Positions 50,147 through 60,576 of a stretch of DNA of 64,000 bases are shown piece after piece. Below the pieces are notes generated by a model. That model was given only the letters and a program-made list of their open reading frames with translations, did no database searches and was not told the origin of the DNA. The position numbers and the translations under genes are program-made. Source of the DNA: Draconibacterium sp. (GTDB lineage: Bacteria; Bacteroidota; Bacteroidia; Bacteroidales; Prolixibacteraceae); the NCBI GenBank assembly GCA_041737765.1, contig JBGSRA010000025.1, positions 95,208 through 159,207 on the forward strand, in the 5' to 3' direction. Each line of letters starts with the position of its first letter. Positions within the stretch are counted from its first letter, which is position 1.

Positions 50147-50419
50147 ATGAACAAAGCACAGTTAATTGATGCAATGGCCGCAGGAGCTGGCCTTACTAAA
50201 GTAGATGCAAAAAAAGCTCTTGACGCTTTTGTTGCTGCCACAACCGACGCTTTAAAAGGTGGCGACAGGGTTGCTCTTATTGGTTTTGGTTCTTTCTCAG
50301 TATCAGAACGTGGTAAAAGAACTGGAAGAAATCCACAAACAGGTAAAGAAATTACTATTCCTGCTAAAAAAGTTGTTAAATTTAAAGCTGGAGCTGAATT
50401 AGCTGACGCAGTATCGTAA
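50147..50419 (+). CDS. hup: HU family DNA-binding protein
   Basis: MNKAQLI, GFGSF and GRNPQTG motifs. Confidence 0.95.
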   Translation: MNKAQLIDAMAAGAGLTKVDAKKALDAFVAATTDALKGGDRVALIGFGSFSVSERGKRTGRNPQTGKEITIPAKKVVKFKAGAELADAVS

Positions 50420-50439
50420 CACTACAGGAAAAAGAAATT

Positions 50440-50470
50440 AAAAAAGGGAAACCATCGTTTCCCTTTTTTT
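50440..50470 (+). terminator. Intrinsic terminator
   Basis: aaaaaagggaaac-catc-gtttcccttttttt. Confidence 0.8.
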
Positions 50471-50503
50471 ATGACCTGTAACTGGTTTAATTATAAACAT
50501 AAC

Positions 50504-51190
50504 ATGAATAAAGAACTTCTGGAATATTTATCGGCTGTTGTTACTCCTGCCCGACTTTCGTTATACAATAAAATTATTGAAAACCGAACCAATTATATTA
50601 CTGTGGTTTTGGAAGATATTTTTCAGGCACAAAATGCAAGCGCCGTTTTACGCACCTGCGATTGTACTGGAATTCAAAATATACATGTTATCGAAAACAG
50701 AAACCAGTTTCAGGATGACACAGAAGTTTCGATGGGTTCATCGAAATGGATTACAATCAACAAGTATTGCGGCAAAGAGAACAACAGTTTTGAAGCCATT
50801 CAAACCCTGAAAAAAAAGGGTTACAGAATTGTTGCAACCTCACCTCACTCCAATGATATTGAATTACCCGATTTTGATATTTCGAAAGGTAAAATTGCTT
50901 TGGTTTTTGGTTCAGAACTGCCGGGAATTTCTGAAACAATTACCCGCGAAGCTGATGAATTTTTGCGAATTCCAATGTTCGGTTTTACTGAAAGTTTTAA
51001 TATTTCCGTTTCTGCAGCTATAATTTTATATGATCTTACTCAAAAACTGCACAATTCTGAATCAATTAACTGGCATTTAACAGAAGAGGAAAAAGTGGAA
51101 ATTAAACTTCACTGGATTAAAAATGCTGTAAAGAAAAGTGCTCTGATCGAAAAACGGTTTTGGGAGGAAAAAGGAATAATCAATTATTAA
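50504..51190 (+). CDS. TrmH/SpoU family RNA methyltransferase
   Basis: NASAVLRTCD, VFGSELPG and IPMFGFTESFNISV SPOUT motifs. Likely start 50504. Confidence 0.9.
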   Translation: MNKELLEYLSAVVTPARLSLYNKIIENRTNYITVVLEDIFQAQNASAVLRTCDCTGIQNIHVIENRNQFQDDTEVSMGSSKWITINKYCGKENNSFEAIQTLKKKGYRIVATSPHSNDIELPDFDISKGKIALVFGSELPGISETITREADEFLRIPMFGFTESFNISVSAAIILYDLTQKLHNSESINWHLTEEEKVEIKLHWIKNAVKKSALIEKRFWEEKGIINY

Positions 51191-51208
51191 ATCAAAAAAG
51201 AACTTACC

Positions 51209-51847
51209 TTACTTTAACAACATACTTTCTATTTGTTCGAAATGAATCATAGTTACACCCAATTTTATCCAGTTTTCGAAGGGTAAAGGAATATCGGGCA
51301 ATTCTTTAATTGCATCTTCAACAACTATAACTTTCGGCACCCTTTTAGTTAATCCAACCACTGCATCGTTTACACAAACATTGGTAGTTACGCCATATAC
51401 AATAACGATTTTTGGTGAAAGCATATTCAATATTTGTTCGGTAAAAGGATTGCCTGTAAAAACATCAAAAGCGTCTTTTCTAATGGTGTAATTTCTAAAA
51501 TTTTTACTGTTATTCAATTCCTCATTTATACTGAATTCTTTATCCCAGTCAATAATCAGCGAATTTTCAGGATTGGTTTCCTTGATATAATCAGCGCCGG
51601 CAGTATTTGCCATGCAATGAGGTGGAAATGTTTTAATAAAATCAGGAGTTTGTGATAATTCGGCAGAATCAGGATAATGCCAGTCGGCAGTGTTAATCAC
51701 CGTTATTGAATAATCCTTTGCAATTTGGGTAAGTTTCTTCCAACCAGGTTTTAACAATTCAGCGCCGGCAACATATAGTTTTCCTTGTGGAGAAACAAAA
51801 TCGAATTGGGTATCAACATTCCAGAATATTAAATCAGAAACATTCAT
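51209..51847 (-). CDS. Isochorismatase/nicotinamidase family cysteine hydrolase
   Basis: VDTQFDF, DWH, FPPHC and GVTTNVCV motifs. Confidence 0.85.
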   Translation of the reverse strand: MNVSDLIFWNVDTQFDFVSPQGKLYVAGAELLKPGWKKLTQIAKDYSITVINTADWHYPDSAELSQTPDFIKTFPPHCMANTAGADYIKETNPENSLIIDWDKEFSINEELNNSKNFRNYTIRKDAFDVFTGNPFTEQILNMLSPKIVIVYGVTTNVCVNDAVVGLTKRVPKVIVVEDAIKELPDIPLPFENWIKLGVTMIHFEQIESMLLK

Positions 51848-51868
51848 TTTACCATTCTTTAAAAATTT

Positions 51869-53812
51869 CTATTGAATTCCTTTTTCAATAAACGATTTAA
51901 ATTCTGCATCATCAAATGTAGTCCCAAGTTTCGTTTCAGTACCGTCAGGTTGAATAATAACATGAAAAGGGATACTGTTCGTTTTATATCTCGAAATCTG
52001 TATATCGAGATTTTTCTTTCCCATTGTTTTTTTCAATTCTCCATCTAATGATGATGTTATCCATTCACTTTCATCCAGGGTAGATCTGTCGTCGGTATAT
52101 AATCCAACCAAAACATATTTCTCTGCAATCATTTTTTGTAATTCAGGATTTGTCCAAACTGTATTTTCCATTTTCTTACAGTTTGCACAGGCATGACCTT
52201 TAAAAACCACCAGCAAGGGTTTATTCTGCTCTTTCGCACACGCCATTCCCTGTTCGAAATCGAAATATCCTGGTAATCCGTGAGGCAAATGCAGTTTGTC
52301 GGCATATTTTGCGGGGCCGCATAATTCCTGAGCAGCACCTGATGATTGGGTTCCTAAATTATGGGTTGAATAATTTGATTGCACGCTCTGAGGCGGAATT
52401 AATGATGAAACCGGGGCCAGAGGATTTCCTAATAACCCGGTAAACAAATAAACCACAAATGTGAAAGTTATAATTGACAGGAAAAGTCTTCCAACACCCA
52501 CATATGGCAAATCACTGTCGTGCGAGAATTTGAGTTTTCCGAGAAAATACATTCCAAGTAAAAAGAAAACCACAATCCAGATTGAAAGATATATTTCGCG
52601 ACTCAAAATTCCAAATCCGTAAACCTGGTCAATATTGCTTAAAAACTTCAAACCAAAAGCCAAAAGAATAAAAGCAAACACTACTTTAATTGAATTTAAC
52701 CACCCACCCGACTTTGGCAATTTGTTTAATGCCGATGGAAAAATTGCAAGCATTGTAAATGGAGTTGCAAAGGCCAAACCGAAGAAAAACATGCCAATTA
52801 ACGGACGCATCCCACCAACCTGAACTGCTTCAATAATTAACGCACCAATAAATGGGCCTGTACATGAAAACGAAACGATAACCGTTGTTAAAGCCATAAA
52901 AAAAGCACCAATCATGCCACCCTTGTCAGCTTTGGCGTCGGTTTTATTAACCAGACTACTGGGCAAAACCATTTCGAATGCGCCAAAAAATGAAATGGCA
53001 AAGACCAAAAACAAAATAAAAAACAACAAATTCGGAATCCAGTGTGTACTTAAAATACTTCCGGCATTGGGTCCAAAAACCCCAAACGAAAAAAGTGCTC
53101 CCAATAAAGTGAATATTAAGATAATTGAGATGCCAAAGAAAACACCGTTGCGTATTGCTTTTCCACGATTATCACTTCCTCTCATAAAAAAAGAAACTGT
53201 CATCGGAATCATTGGAAAGACACACGGGGTAAGCATTGCGGCAAAACCAGCCAACACCGAAACTAGTATAAATACCCAAAGTTTTTGTCCATTCCCATTG
53301 TTTTGATCAGTTTCTGTATCACCTGTTACTACTTCGTTTTGCATTTTAGCCGGCTCCGAATCCTGGTTCAAAATAAAAGAGAATTTCGATTCTTCGGGAG
53401 GAGTACAGGTTTCATCGTTACAACTCATGAATAAAACATATCCTTTTATTTCAACAGGATTAGTATTCTTTAACTTAATTTTTTGGATTAATTCTGCCTG
53501 AGTATTAAAATAACCAACTTTCATTTGAAAAGTAGGATCAAAATGTATTTCAGGTTGAGGATTTTTCTGAATTTCGCCAACAAATTCAAATAAAGTTGAA
53601 TCCTCAAAAACAAATGATGTTGCAATCGGACCTCCTTCCGGAAGATAGGTATCGTATAAATGCCATCCTTTTTCAATGGTGGCTTTAAATATCAAATCCA
53701 CCTCATTTCCAACTTGTTTTGAATCAAATTCCCATTTTGTTGGATTTACAATCTGAGCATTAACTAAAGTAGATAGAAATACAAGTACAAATAGAAAAGT
53801 TATTTTTTTCAT
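51869..53812 (-). CDS. dsbD: DsbD-like thiol:disulfide interchange protein
   Basis: N-domain CNDETC, TM motifs TPCVFP and SCTGP, thioredoxin CANC. Confidence 0.88.
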   Translation of the reverse strand: MKKITFLFVLVFLSTLVNAQIVNPTKWEFDSKQVGNEVDLIFKATIEKGWHLYDTYLPEGGPIATSFVFEDSTLFEFVGEIQKNPQPEIHFDPTFQMKVGYFNTQAELIQKIKLKNTNPVEIKGYVLFMSCNDETCTPPEESKFSFILNQDSEPAKMQNEVVTGDTETDQNNGNGQKLWVFILVSVLAGFAAMLTPCVFPMIPMTVSFFMRGSDNRGKAIRNGVFFGISIILIFTLLGALFSFGVFGPNAGSILSTHWIPNLLFFILFLVFAISFFGAFEMVLPSSLVNKTDAKADKGGMIGAFFMALTTVIVSFSCTGPFIGALIIEAVQVGGMRPLIGMFFFGLAFATPFTMLAIFPSALNKLPKSGGWLNSIKVVFAFILLAFGLKFLSNIDQVYGFGILSREIYLSIWIVVFFLLGMYFLGKLKFSHDSDLPYVGVGRLFLSIITFTFVVYLFTGLLGNPLAPVSSLIPPQSVQSNYSTHNLGTQSSGAAQELCGPAKYADKLHLPHGLPGYFDFEQGMACAKEQNKPLLVVFKGHACANCKKMENTVWTNPELQKMIAEKYVLVGLYTDDRSTLDESEWITSSLDGELKKTMGKKNLDIQISRYKTNSIPFHVIIQPDGTETKLGTTFDDAEFKSFIEKGIQ

Positions 53813-54004
53813 TGTTTTATGTTGTTTTATTCCAAAAAATCATATTTACAAATATAGATATTCGAATATAACAAATATTACTCCATTTGTCATGCCATGA
53901 CAAATATTCATTATTCAGCTCAAAAAAAAGCAAACAGGATTTTACAACAAGAATATGTTCAGCAAAAAAAAGCCGCTCAGTTATTGAACGGCTTTTTCTC
54001 TTGT

Positions 54005-55555
54005 TTATAGAATTAACTCTTCCAGGTTATCGTCGTAAAAATGATATTCCAAAAAAGTATATGAATTATTGGCTTCAATTTTAATCCATTTATAATATTC
54101 AAAAAACCATCTGTTTCGAACACTTTTTAAACCTTTTGTCAAATATGCAGCAACATATGGGTGAACCTTTAAAACCAGTTTTTTCTTGTGCAAATCATTA
54201 AATGCATATTTTATTTTTGTTCCCAATTCATCGGCAAAAAGTACCGAGGGTACAATTTTACCACTTCCCCTGCATGTTGGGCAATTCTCGGCAGTTTCAA
54301 TGGTTTCTTCAGGTCTGACACGCTGACGGGTGATTTGCATCAGACAAAACTTACTTAGTGGTAAAATGTTATGTTTCGTTCTGTCGGCTGCCATAACATC
54401 CTTCATGTGGTCGTAAACTTTCTGTCGGTTTAAAGCAACATGCATATCAATGAAATCGATTACAATAATTCCACCCATATCTCTCAATCTCAACTGCCTG
54501 GCTATTTCATCACATGCTGCAATGTTTACATCCAATGCATTTGTTTCCTGATCCATTCCAACCTTAACCCGGTTTCCACTGTTTACGTCAATTACATGGA
54601 ATGCTTCTGTGTGTTCAACAATTAAATATGCACCCTCTTTAAAAGATACGGTTTTGCCAAAAGCAGACTTAATTTGCTTATCGATTCCGTAATGTTCAAA
54701 TATAGGTGCCCTCCCCTTGTAAAACTTTACAATTTTCCTTTTTTCCGACTGAATGCTACCAAGGTAATCAGCTATTTCGTTACAAACTGTCTGATCATTT
54801 ACAATGATGCTGTTAAAATCAGAGTGATAAATGTCACGTAACAATGCGGTTGTACGGTCAATTTCACCTATTATTAGCGAAGGAGAATGTGCCCTGCCAA
54901 GTTTACTAAATGTTGTTTCCCATTTTGTAACAAGACCGGTTAGTTCCTGATCGAGTTCTGCAACTTTTTTACCTTCGGCTACTGTTCTAACAATAACACC
55001 GTATTTGCGGGGTTTAATACTTTGAATCAATTTCTTCAAACGACTTTTTTCTTCGTTTGTCTTTATTTTCTGCGAAACTGAAACTTTGTCACTAAACGGC
55101 ATTAAAACCAGGTTTCTGCCTGCTATTGAAATCTCGGATGTTAATCGGGGGCCTTTTGTTGAAATTGGTTCTTTTGAAACCTGAACCAGGATTTTTTGTC
55201 CTTCTTTTAACAGCTCGTTGATTTTTCCCTCTTTATTAATATCTGGTTCCGATTGTATTTTACCGAGAGAGGAAACTTTGTTTTTGATGGAAGAACTGAT
55301 TCGAAGGAATTTATTTAACGTTGCAAATTGAGGACCAAGGTCAAGATAATGCAGAAAAGCATCCTTTTCGTAACCTACGTCGATGAAAGCTGCATTTAAA
55401 CTGGGCATTATTTTTTTTACTTTTCCGAGATAAATATCTCCGACAGCAAACCTTGCCCCGCTTCTTTCTCTTGATAATTCTACAAGCTTTCTATCCTCTT
55501 GTAATGCTATAACAATTTCGGATGGAGTTACATCAATTATTAAATCGCTACTCAC
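54005..55555 (-). CDS. Rne/Rng family ribonuclease
   Basis: S1 region AAFIDVG, IDVNSG, LRLRDMGGIIVIDFIDM and CPTCRG motifs. Confidence 0.94.
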   Translation of the reverse strand: MSSDLIIDVTPSEIVIALQEDRKLVELSRERSGARFAVGDIYLGKVKKIMPSLNAAFIDVGYEKDAFLHYLDLGPQFATLNKFLRISSSIKNKVSSLGKIQSEPDINKEGKINELLKEGQKILVQVSKEPISTKGPRLTSEISIAGRNLVLMPFSDKVSVSQKIKTNEEKSRLKKLIQSIKPRKYGVIVRTVAEGKKVAELDQELTGLVTKWETTFSKLGRAHSPSLIIGEIDRTTALLRDIYHSDFNSIIVNDQTVCNEIADYLGSIQSEKRKIVKFYKGRAPIFEHYGIDKQIKSAFGKTVSFKEGAYLIVEHTEAFHVIDVNSGNRVKVGMDQETNALDVNIAACDEIARQLRLRDMGGIIVIDFIDMHVALNRQKVYDHMKDVMAADRTKHNILPLSKFCLMQITRQRVRPEETIETAENCPTCRGSGKIVPSVLFADELGTKIKYAFNDLHKKKLVLKVHPYVAAYLTKGLKSVRNRWFFEYYKWIKIEANNSYTFLEYHFYDDNLEELIL

Positions 55556-55671
55556 AACCTTAATTTTAAACTGTCAATTTTAATAATATTAATCTTTATA
55601 ACAGATTAAACCTAAGACATATATGCCTTAGGTTTAATCAAAATGTCGTAATAAGAAACAATTATGTATTC

Positions 55672-55764
55672 CTATTTTTTCTTTTTATGCCTATTCTTAC
55701 GCAATCTTTTTTTGCGCTTGTGCGTAGCCATCTTATGTCTTTTTCTCTTCTTTCCGCTTGGCAT
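55672..55764 (-). CDS. Small basic ribosomal protein bS22 (AURKAIP1/COX24 family), 30 aa
   Basis: Manual translation MPSGKKRKRHKMATHKRKKRLRKNRHKKKK, between the HU/IHF gene and rne/rng. Confidence 0.88.
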   Translation of the reverse strand: MPSGKKRKRHKMATHKRKKRLRKNRHKKKK

Positions 55765-55770
55765 AACTAA

Positions 55771-56055
55771 TTATTTTACTTGGTGTTTAACTTCCGAAAT
55801 AAAAGTTTTCGCCGGTTTAAACGAAGGAATATTATGCGATGGGATAATAATAGTAGTGTTTTTAGAAATGTTTCTGGCAGTTTTTTCTGCCCTTTTCTTT
55901 ACTACAAAACTTCCAAAACCTCTCAGGTAAACATTTTTACCATCTACCAACGAATCTTTCACTGTTTCCATGAATGCCTCAACTGCTTTTTGAACAGTTA
56001 CTTTCTCGATTCCGGTATTCTTTGCAACTTCATTTACAATATCTGCCTTTGTCAT
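55771..56055 (-). CDS. HU/IHF-beta family DNA-binding protein
   Basis: MTKADIV, VYLRGFGSF, ARNISK and PSFKP motifs. Confidence 0.92.
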   Translation of the reverse strand: MTKADIVNEVAKNTGIEKVTVQKAVEAFMETVKDSLVDGKNVYLRGFGSFVVKKRAEKTARNISKNTTIIIPSHNIPSFKPAKTFISEVKHQVK

Positions 56056-56192
56056 TTCTTAAAATATTTAATTTTCAATGTATTAAACGAATAATTTGAG
56101 GTGCAAAAATAAAAATAATTTAAAAACTCAAAAGCTTTTCAAATAATTTATTTTTGTTTTTTGTAAAGAATTTATAGAGTCAACCATAAATA

Positions 56193-57245
56193 ATGAGTTT
56201 TACACATGAAATTTACAAGTGGTACTTAACCAATAAGCGCGATTTACCCTGGCGCGAAACAAACGATCCTTATAAAATATGGATATCTGAAATAATTCTC
56301 CAGCAAACAAGAGTAGTGCAGGGACTTGACTATTATGTACAGTTTATTGGTAATTTTCCCACTGTGTTTGACCTTGCAAATGCTTCAGAAGACAGTGTTT
56401 TAAAGCTTTGGCAAGGATTGGGATATTATACACGTGCCCGTAACCTTCATTTTACAGCTAAAAACATTGTCGATAATTACAATGGTAATTTTCCAAATAA
56501 CTTTAAAACTATTTTATCGCTGAAAGGAATTGGAAATTACACTGCTGCGGCAATTGCATCAATTGCATTTAATTTACCACATGCTGCAGTTGATGGGAAT
56601 ATTTACAGGGTTTTGTCGCGCTATTATGGAATTTTTACTCCCACTGATACCGTTGCAGGCAAAAATGAAATCCAAAAAATTGCTGACGAATTGATTAATG
56701 ATGACAATCCTGGAGTCCATAACCAGGCTTTTATGGAATTTGGAGCCTTGCAATGTATCCCCAAATCACCCGATTGCACATCGTGCCCATTATTAATAAA
56801 TTGTTACGCCGCTAAATTCAATGTTACCGACAAACTTCCGGTAAAATCAAAAACGGTAAAACAAACCACCCGTTTTTTTTACTATTATATAATTGAAAAC
56901 AATAATTCAGTTCTACTCGAAAAAAGAACGAATAACGATATCTGGAAAAATTTACACCAGTTTCCCTTATTCGAATCGACAAAAGAATTGACTGATGAGG
57001 AGATTTTCAGTTCGGGACTTCCTTTTCCAAACGAATCAAAAAACAATATTAAATCGGTTTCTGCAACGATTAAACACATTTTGACCCACCAAACTATTTA
57101 TGCTCGCTTTATTCATATCGAAACGGACTTTAACAATTTTAATCATTCCAATTTATTTCGGGTAAATAAAAAAGATATTTATAAATTTGCTGTACCTAAA
57201 TTAATAGAGCAGTATTTGAAAAAAATAAATTTAATTGAAAATTAG
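56193..57245 (+). CDS. mutY: A/G-specific adenine glycosylase
   Basis: SEIILQQT, WQGLGYY, HhH KGIGNYTA, VDGN and a Cys4 cluster motif. Confidence 0.95.
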   Translation: MSFTHEIYKWYLTNKRDLPWRETNDPYKIWISEIILQQTRVVQGLDYYVQFIGNFPTVFDLANASEDSVLKLWQGLGYYTRARNLHFTAKNIVDNYNGNFPNNFKTILSLKGIGNYTAAAIASIAFNLPHAAVDGNIYRVLSRYYGIFTPTDTVAGKNEIQKIADELINDDNPGVHNQAFMEFGALQCIPKSPDCTSCPLLINCYAAKFNVTDKLPVKSKTVKQTTRFFYYYIIENNNSVLLEKRTNNDIWKNLHQFPLFESTKELTDEEIFSSGLPFPNESKNNIKSVSATIKHILTHQTIYARFIHIETDFNNFNHSNLFRVNKKDIYKFAVPKLIEQYLKKINLIEN

Positions 57246-57313
57246 AACAAGTATATACCAGAATAATATTCTCATTTTAAATTTATAGTTGTTAACCTGT
57301 AAAAAAATAAATT

Positions 57314-57772
57314 ATGTCAGTAAACAAAGTTATTTTAGTTGGGAATGTGGGCAAAGATCCAGAAATCAGGCATCTTGACACAGGTGTTGCAGTAGCAAAT
57401 TTCCCGTTGGCAACCTCCGAAACATATACGGCAAAAAATGGAGAGAAAGTTACAACAACCGAATGGCACAATATTGTGTTGTGGCGGGGTTTGGCTGATG
57501 TTGCCGAAAAGTATGTAACAAAAGGCCGGCAGTTGTACATTGAAGGCCGGATACGTACAAGAACTTATGACGACAAGGACGGTAACAAACGATATATTAC
57601 CGAAATCTACGGAGATACAATGCAAATGTTGGGAACCAAATCGGATGACAGCAAATCAGGAGCAGGTCAATACGCTCAGAATCAAAATGCACAGAGTTCA
57701 ATCCCACCAACTTCAATGGCAAACGAACCTGAAATAGATGAATCAGGCGGAGATGAAGATTTGCCATTTTAA
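57314..57772 (+). CDS. ssb: Single-stranded DNA-binding protein
   Basis: VNKVILVGNVGKDP and TEWH motifs; C-terminal DLPF. Confidence 0.96.
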   Translation: MSVNKVILVGNVGKDPEIRHLDTGVAVANFPLATSETYTAKNGEKVTTTEWHNIVLWRGLADVAEKYVTKGRQLYIEGRIRTRTYDDKDGNKRYITEIYGDTMQMLGTKSDDSKSGAGQYAQNQNAQSSIPPTSMANEPEIDESGGDEDLPF

Positions 57773-57788
57773 TTCAAAATAAATTCAT

Positions 57789-59156
57789 TTGGAAACAGAT
57801 ACGGTACTTACATCTACACAGTTGGCAACATGGAATTTTCAATTCCAACCATTTACAATTAGCGTTTTCCTTTCGTTGGTTACGGTTTTGTTGTTACTGA
57901 TTGTTTCTGCACTTTTAAGTGGTTCCGAAGCTGCGTATTTTTCACTGAATGAAGTTGACAAACAAAAGCTAAAAAAGAAAATTAAAACCGATTCAAAGGT
58001 TTTTGATAATCTCGAAAATCCTGAAAAACTACTGGCTACTATTTTGGTAGCCAATAGTTTTATTAAAGTTGCCATCATTATATTTACTGCAAGTTTTTTC
58101 TCCCTGATAATCACTATCCAAAATTTACCCGTACTTGAATTTATTGTGCAGGTTTTATTAATATTCACTTTATTAATCCTATTCGCTGAAGTACTTCCCA
58201 AAATCATTGCCAGCCGTTATAAAATAGGTTTTGTTCGTTTAATGGCATTTCCGTTGTATTTGTCAGGTAAAATTCTTAGCCCGCTCAGCGGTCTTTTAAT
58301 ATCATCAACAACTTTGGTTAACCAACGAATGTTGAAACACGGGAAAAACTTTTCGATGGACAAAATCTCGCAGGCACTGAAACTAACTTCTGAACAGGAA
58401 TTATCTGAAGAAAAAGAGATTCTGGAAGGAATTGTAAAATTTGGAAATAAAAATGTCTCCGAAATTATGAAACCCAGAATTGATGTGGTTTCGCTTGATT
58501 TAAGAACTTCGTTCCAGGGAGTTTTAAAATTAATCGTTGATTCAGGTTTTTCCCGAATTCCGGTTTATTCCGGTTCATTCGATAATATAAAAGGCATTCT
58601 ATACATCAAGGATATTCTTCCACACAGTCACAAAGTCGATTCGTTTAAGTGGCAAACCCTTATCAGGCCACCGTTTTATGTTCCGGAAACAAAAAAAATC
58701 AACTCGCTGCTTAAAGAGTTTCAAAAAAACAAGGTGCATCTTGCAGTTGTAATCGACGAATATGGCGGAACTTCAGGAATTGTAACACTGGAAGATGTTC
58801 TTGAAGAAATAGTTGGTGAGATTGTTGACGAATTTGATGAAGAAGAACATTTTTTCTCAAAAATATCTGAAAACATATTTCTTTTTGATGGGAAAACACT
58901 TTTAGGCGACTTTTTCAAGATTGTAAAATGCGACGATACCGTTTTCAACAAAATAAAAGGTGATGCTGAAACTTTGGCAGGTTTGATTCTGGAAATAAAA
59001 GGTGAGATTCCGGGTTTGAAGGAAAAAACGGAATACAAACAGTTTGTTTTTACGGTTGAAGCGGTTGATAATCGCCGTATTAAACAAATAAAAGTTGAAA
59101 TTAACCGAGACTTTTTTGAATCGAAAAATGGGCGAAACAATAATAAAAACCAATAA
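57789..59156 (+). CDS. gldE: Gliding motility-associated GldE (CNNM/CBS/CorC)
   Basis: SGSEAAYFSL, FSRIPVY and VIDEYGGTSG motifs; ssb-gldE-gldD synteny. Confidence 0.85.
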   Translation: METDTVLTSTQLATWNFQFQPFTISVFLSLVTVLLLLIVSALLSGSEAAYFSLNEVDKQKLKKKIKTDSKVFDNLENPEKLLATILVANSFIKVAIIIFTASFFSLIITIQNLPVLEFIVQVLLIFTLLILFAEVLPKIIASRYKIGFVRLMAFPLYLSGKILSPLSGLLISSTTLVNQRMLKHGKNFSMDKISQALKLTSEQELSEEKEILEGIVKFGNKNVSEIMKPRIDVVSLDLRTSFQGVLKLIVDSGFSRIPVYSGSFDNIKGILYIKDILPHSHKVDSFKWQTLIRPPFYVPETKKINSLLKEFQKNKVHLAVVIDEYGGTSGIVTLEDVLEEIVGEIVDEFDEEEHFFSKISENIFLFDGKTLLGDFFKIVKCDDTVFNKIKGDAETLAGLILEIKGEIPGLKEKTEYKQFVFTVEAVDNRRIKQIKVEINRDFFESKNGRNNNKNQ

Positions 59157-59183
59157 TTCAAATTTTTGTCCGTTTCAAATATT

Positions 59184-59780
59184 ATGACTACTTCAAAAAA
59201 GATATTGATAACCATTGTTTCGTGCCTTTTAATTTTGGGTTGCAACGAAAAGTACACACCAAAACCACGGGAATTTTTCAGAATTGATTTTCCTGAAAAA
59301 ACTTATCATTCCATTCCAACTGGATTTCCTTACCAGTTCGATATTCCTGATTATTCAAAAATAACAGCAGGTAGCGACAATCCCGAAAATCCATACTGGA
59401 TTAATATTACAGTTCCGGCAAATAAGGCCGATATTCATATTTCATATTACTCCCTTAACAATCAACAGGTTCCGGGCCGTATTCTTTTAAACGAATTTAT
59501 GGAAGAAACTCACTCACTTGCATACAAACATTCGATAAAAGCCGATGCAATTCAGGAACAGGTTTTTATGAATCCTGAGAAAAAGGTATATGGTTTGATT
59601 TACAAAATAGAAGGAAACGCCGCCTCGCCAATGCAGTTTTTTTTAACCGACAGCACCAATCATTTTTTACGGGGGGCGCTTTATATCCGCGAGGTGCCAA
59701 ACATCGATTCGATAAAACCAGTAATCGATTTTCTTGAAATTGATATCATTCGGTTAATTGAAACAACTAACTGGAATTAA
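59184..59780 (+). CDS. gldD: Gliding motility lipoprotein GldD
   Basis: Lipobox ILGC; PKPREFFRID, GNAASPMQF and TDSTNHFLRGALY motifs. Confidence 0.9.
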   Translation: MTTSKKILITIVSCLLILGCNEKYTPKPREFFRIDFPEKTYHSIPTGFPYQFDIPDYSKITAGSDNPENPYWINITVPANKADIHISYYSLNNQQVPGRILLNEFMEETHSLAYKHSIKADAIQEQVFMNPEKKVYGLIYKIEGNAASPMQFFLTDSTNHFLRGALYIREVPNIDSIKPVIDFLEIDIIRLIETTNWN

Positions 59781-60427
59781 TGCCTTTCATAAAAAAAATA
59801 GAAGTTGAAAATGGAATTCTTGGCATCTGGGAGATCGCAGAATCAGCCAGTTCTTTACTCATCGATTTTCAGTTTTCGGAAGATGAAAAAGCAGAATATG
59901 ATAAATTCATTATCGAAAAGCGCAGAGTTGAATACCTTGCAACACGGTTATTAATTCAAAAGTTGTTAACTGATAAATCCGAAATTACACACGAGAAATC
60001 GGGCAGACCAATCATCATAAATTCAAATCAAAATATAAGCATTTCGCACTCTGCCGAATTGGTGGTCATTTTTATTTCGAATGACTCGGTTGGGATTGAT
60101 GTTGAAAATGTAACACGAAATATCGACAAAGTAACCCATCGGTTTCTTCATCACAAAGAAATGGATTGGGCAGAAAAATCGGAAAATCATCAAATTGCTA
60201 AAATCCTATTATGGTGTGCCAAAGAAGCAATATTTAAATGCAGTAAACAGGCTGGAGTACAGTTTGACACGCAAATTTTCATTCCCCCTTTTGAAATAGA
60301 AAAAACAGATTGCTTTATCGGAAAATTAATCTGCGAAAAAGGTTCAGAAAACTTCAATTTACGGTATTTTTATTTTCGAAACAATATTATCGTTTATTGT
60401 GTTGAAGTAAAAAACAACGGTTTATGA
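59780..60427 (+). CDS. 4'-phosphopantetheinyl transferase superfamily protein
   Basis: ISISHS, VGIDVE and WCAKEAIFK motifs. Confidence 0.88.
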   Translation: MPFIKKIEVENGILGIWEIAESASSLLIDFQFSEDEKAEYDKFIIEKRRVEYLATRLLIQKLLTDKSEITHEKSGRPIIINSNQNISISHSAELVVIFISNDSVGIDVENVTRNIDKVTHRFLHHKEMDWAEKSENHQIAKILLWCAKEAIFKCSKQAGVQFDTQIFIPPFEIEKTDCFIGKLICEKGSENFNLRYFYFRNNIIVYCVEVKNNGL

Positions 60428-60576
60428 AACGAACATGTTTGCAGATAAACACAAACAACCATAAACAAACTACATGTGATCCCGATAGCAATCGGGACCA
60501 TCGGGTGAAAAAGTGGTTAATTGAGAAAATGTATAACCGCAAACTATTCAGTAACTTTTATAATTTGTACAGATGA
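60424..60576 (+). CDS. Possible 50-aa linker ORF
   Basis: ATGA overlaps with both the upstream stop and the zwf start; no homology recognised. Confidence 0.35.
   Translation: MKRTCLQINTNNHKQTTCDPDSNRDHRVKKWLIEKMYNRKLFSNFYNLYR

Noticed and set aside
55664-55930. Plus-strand 88-aa hydrophobic ORF
   Set aside because: Antisense to bS22 and HU/IHF; the hydrophobicity mirrors their Lys codons.
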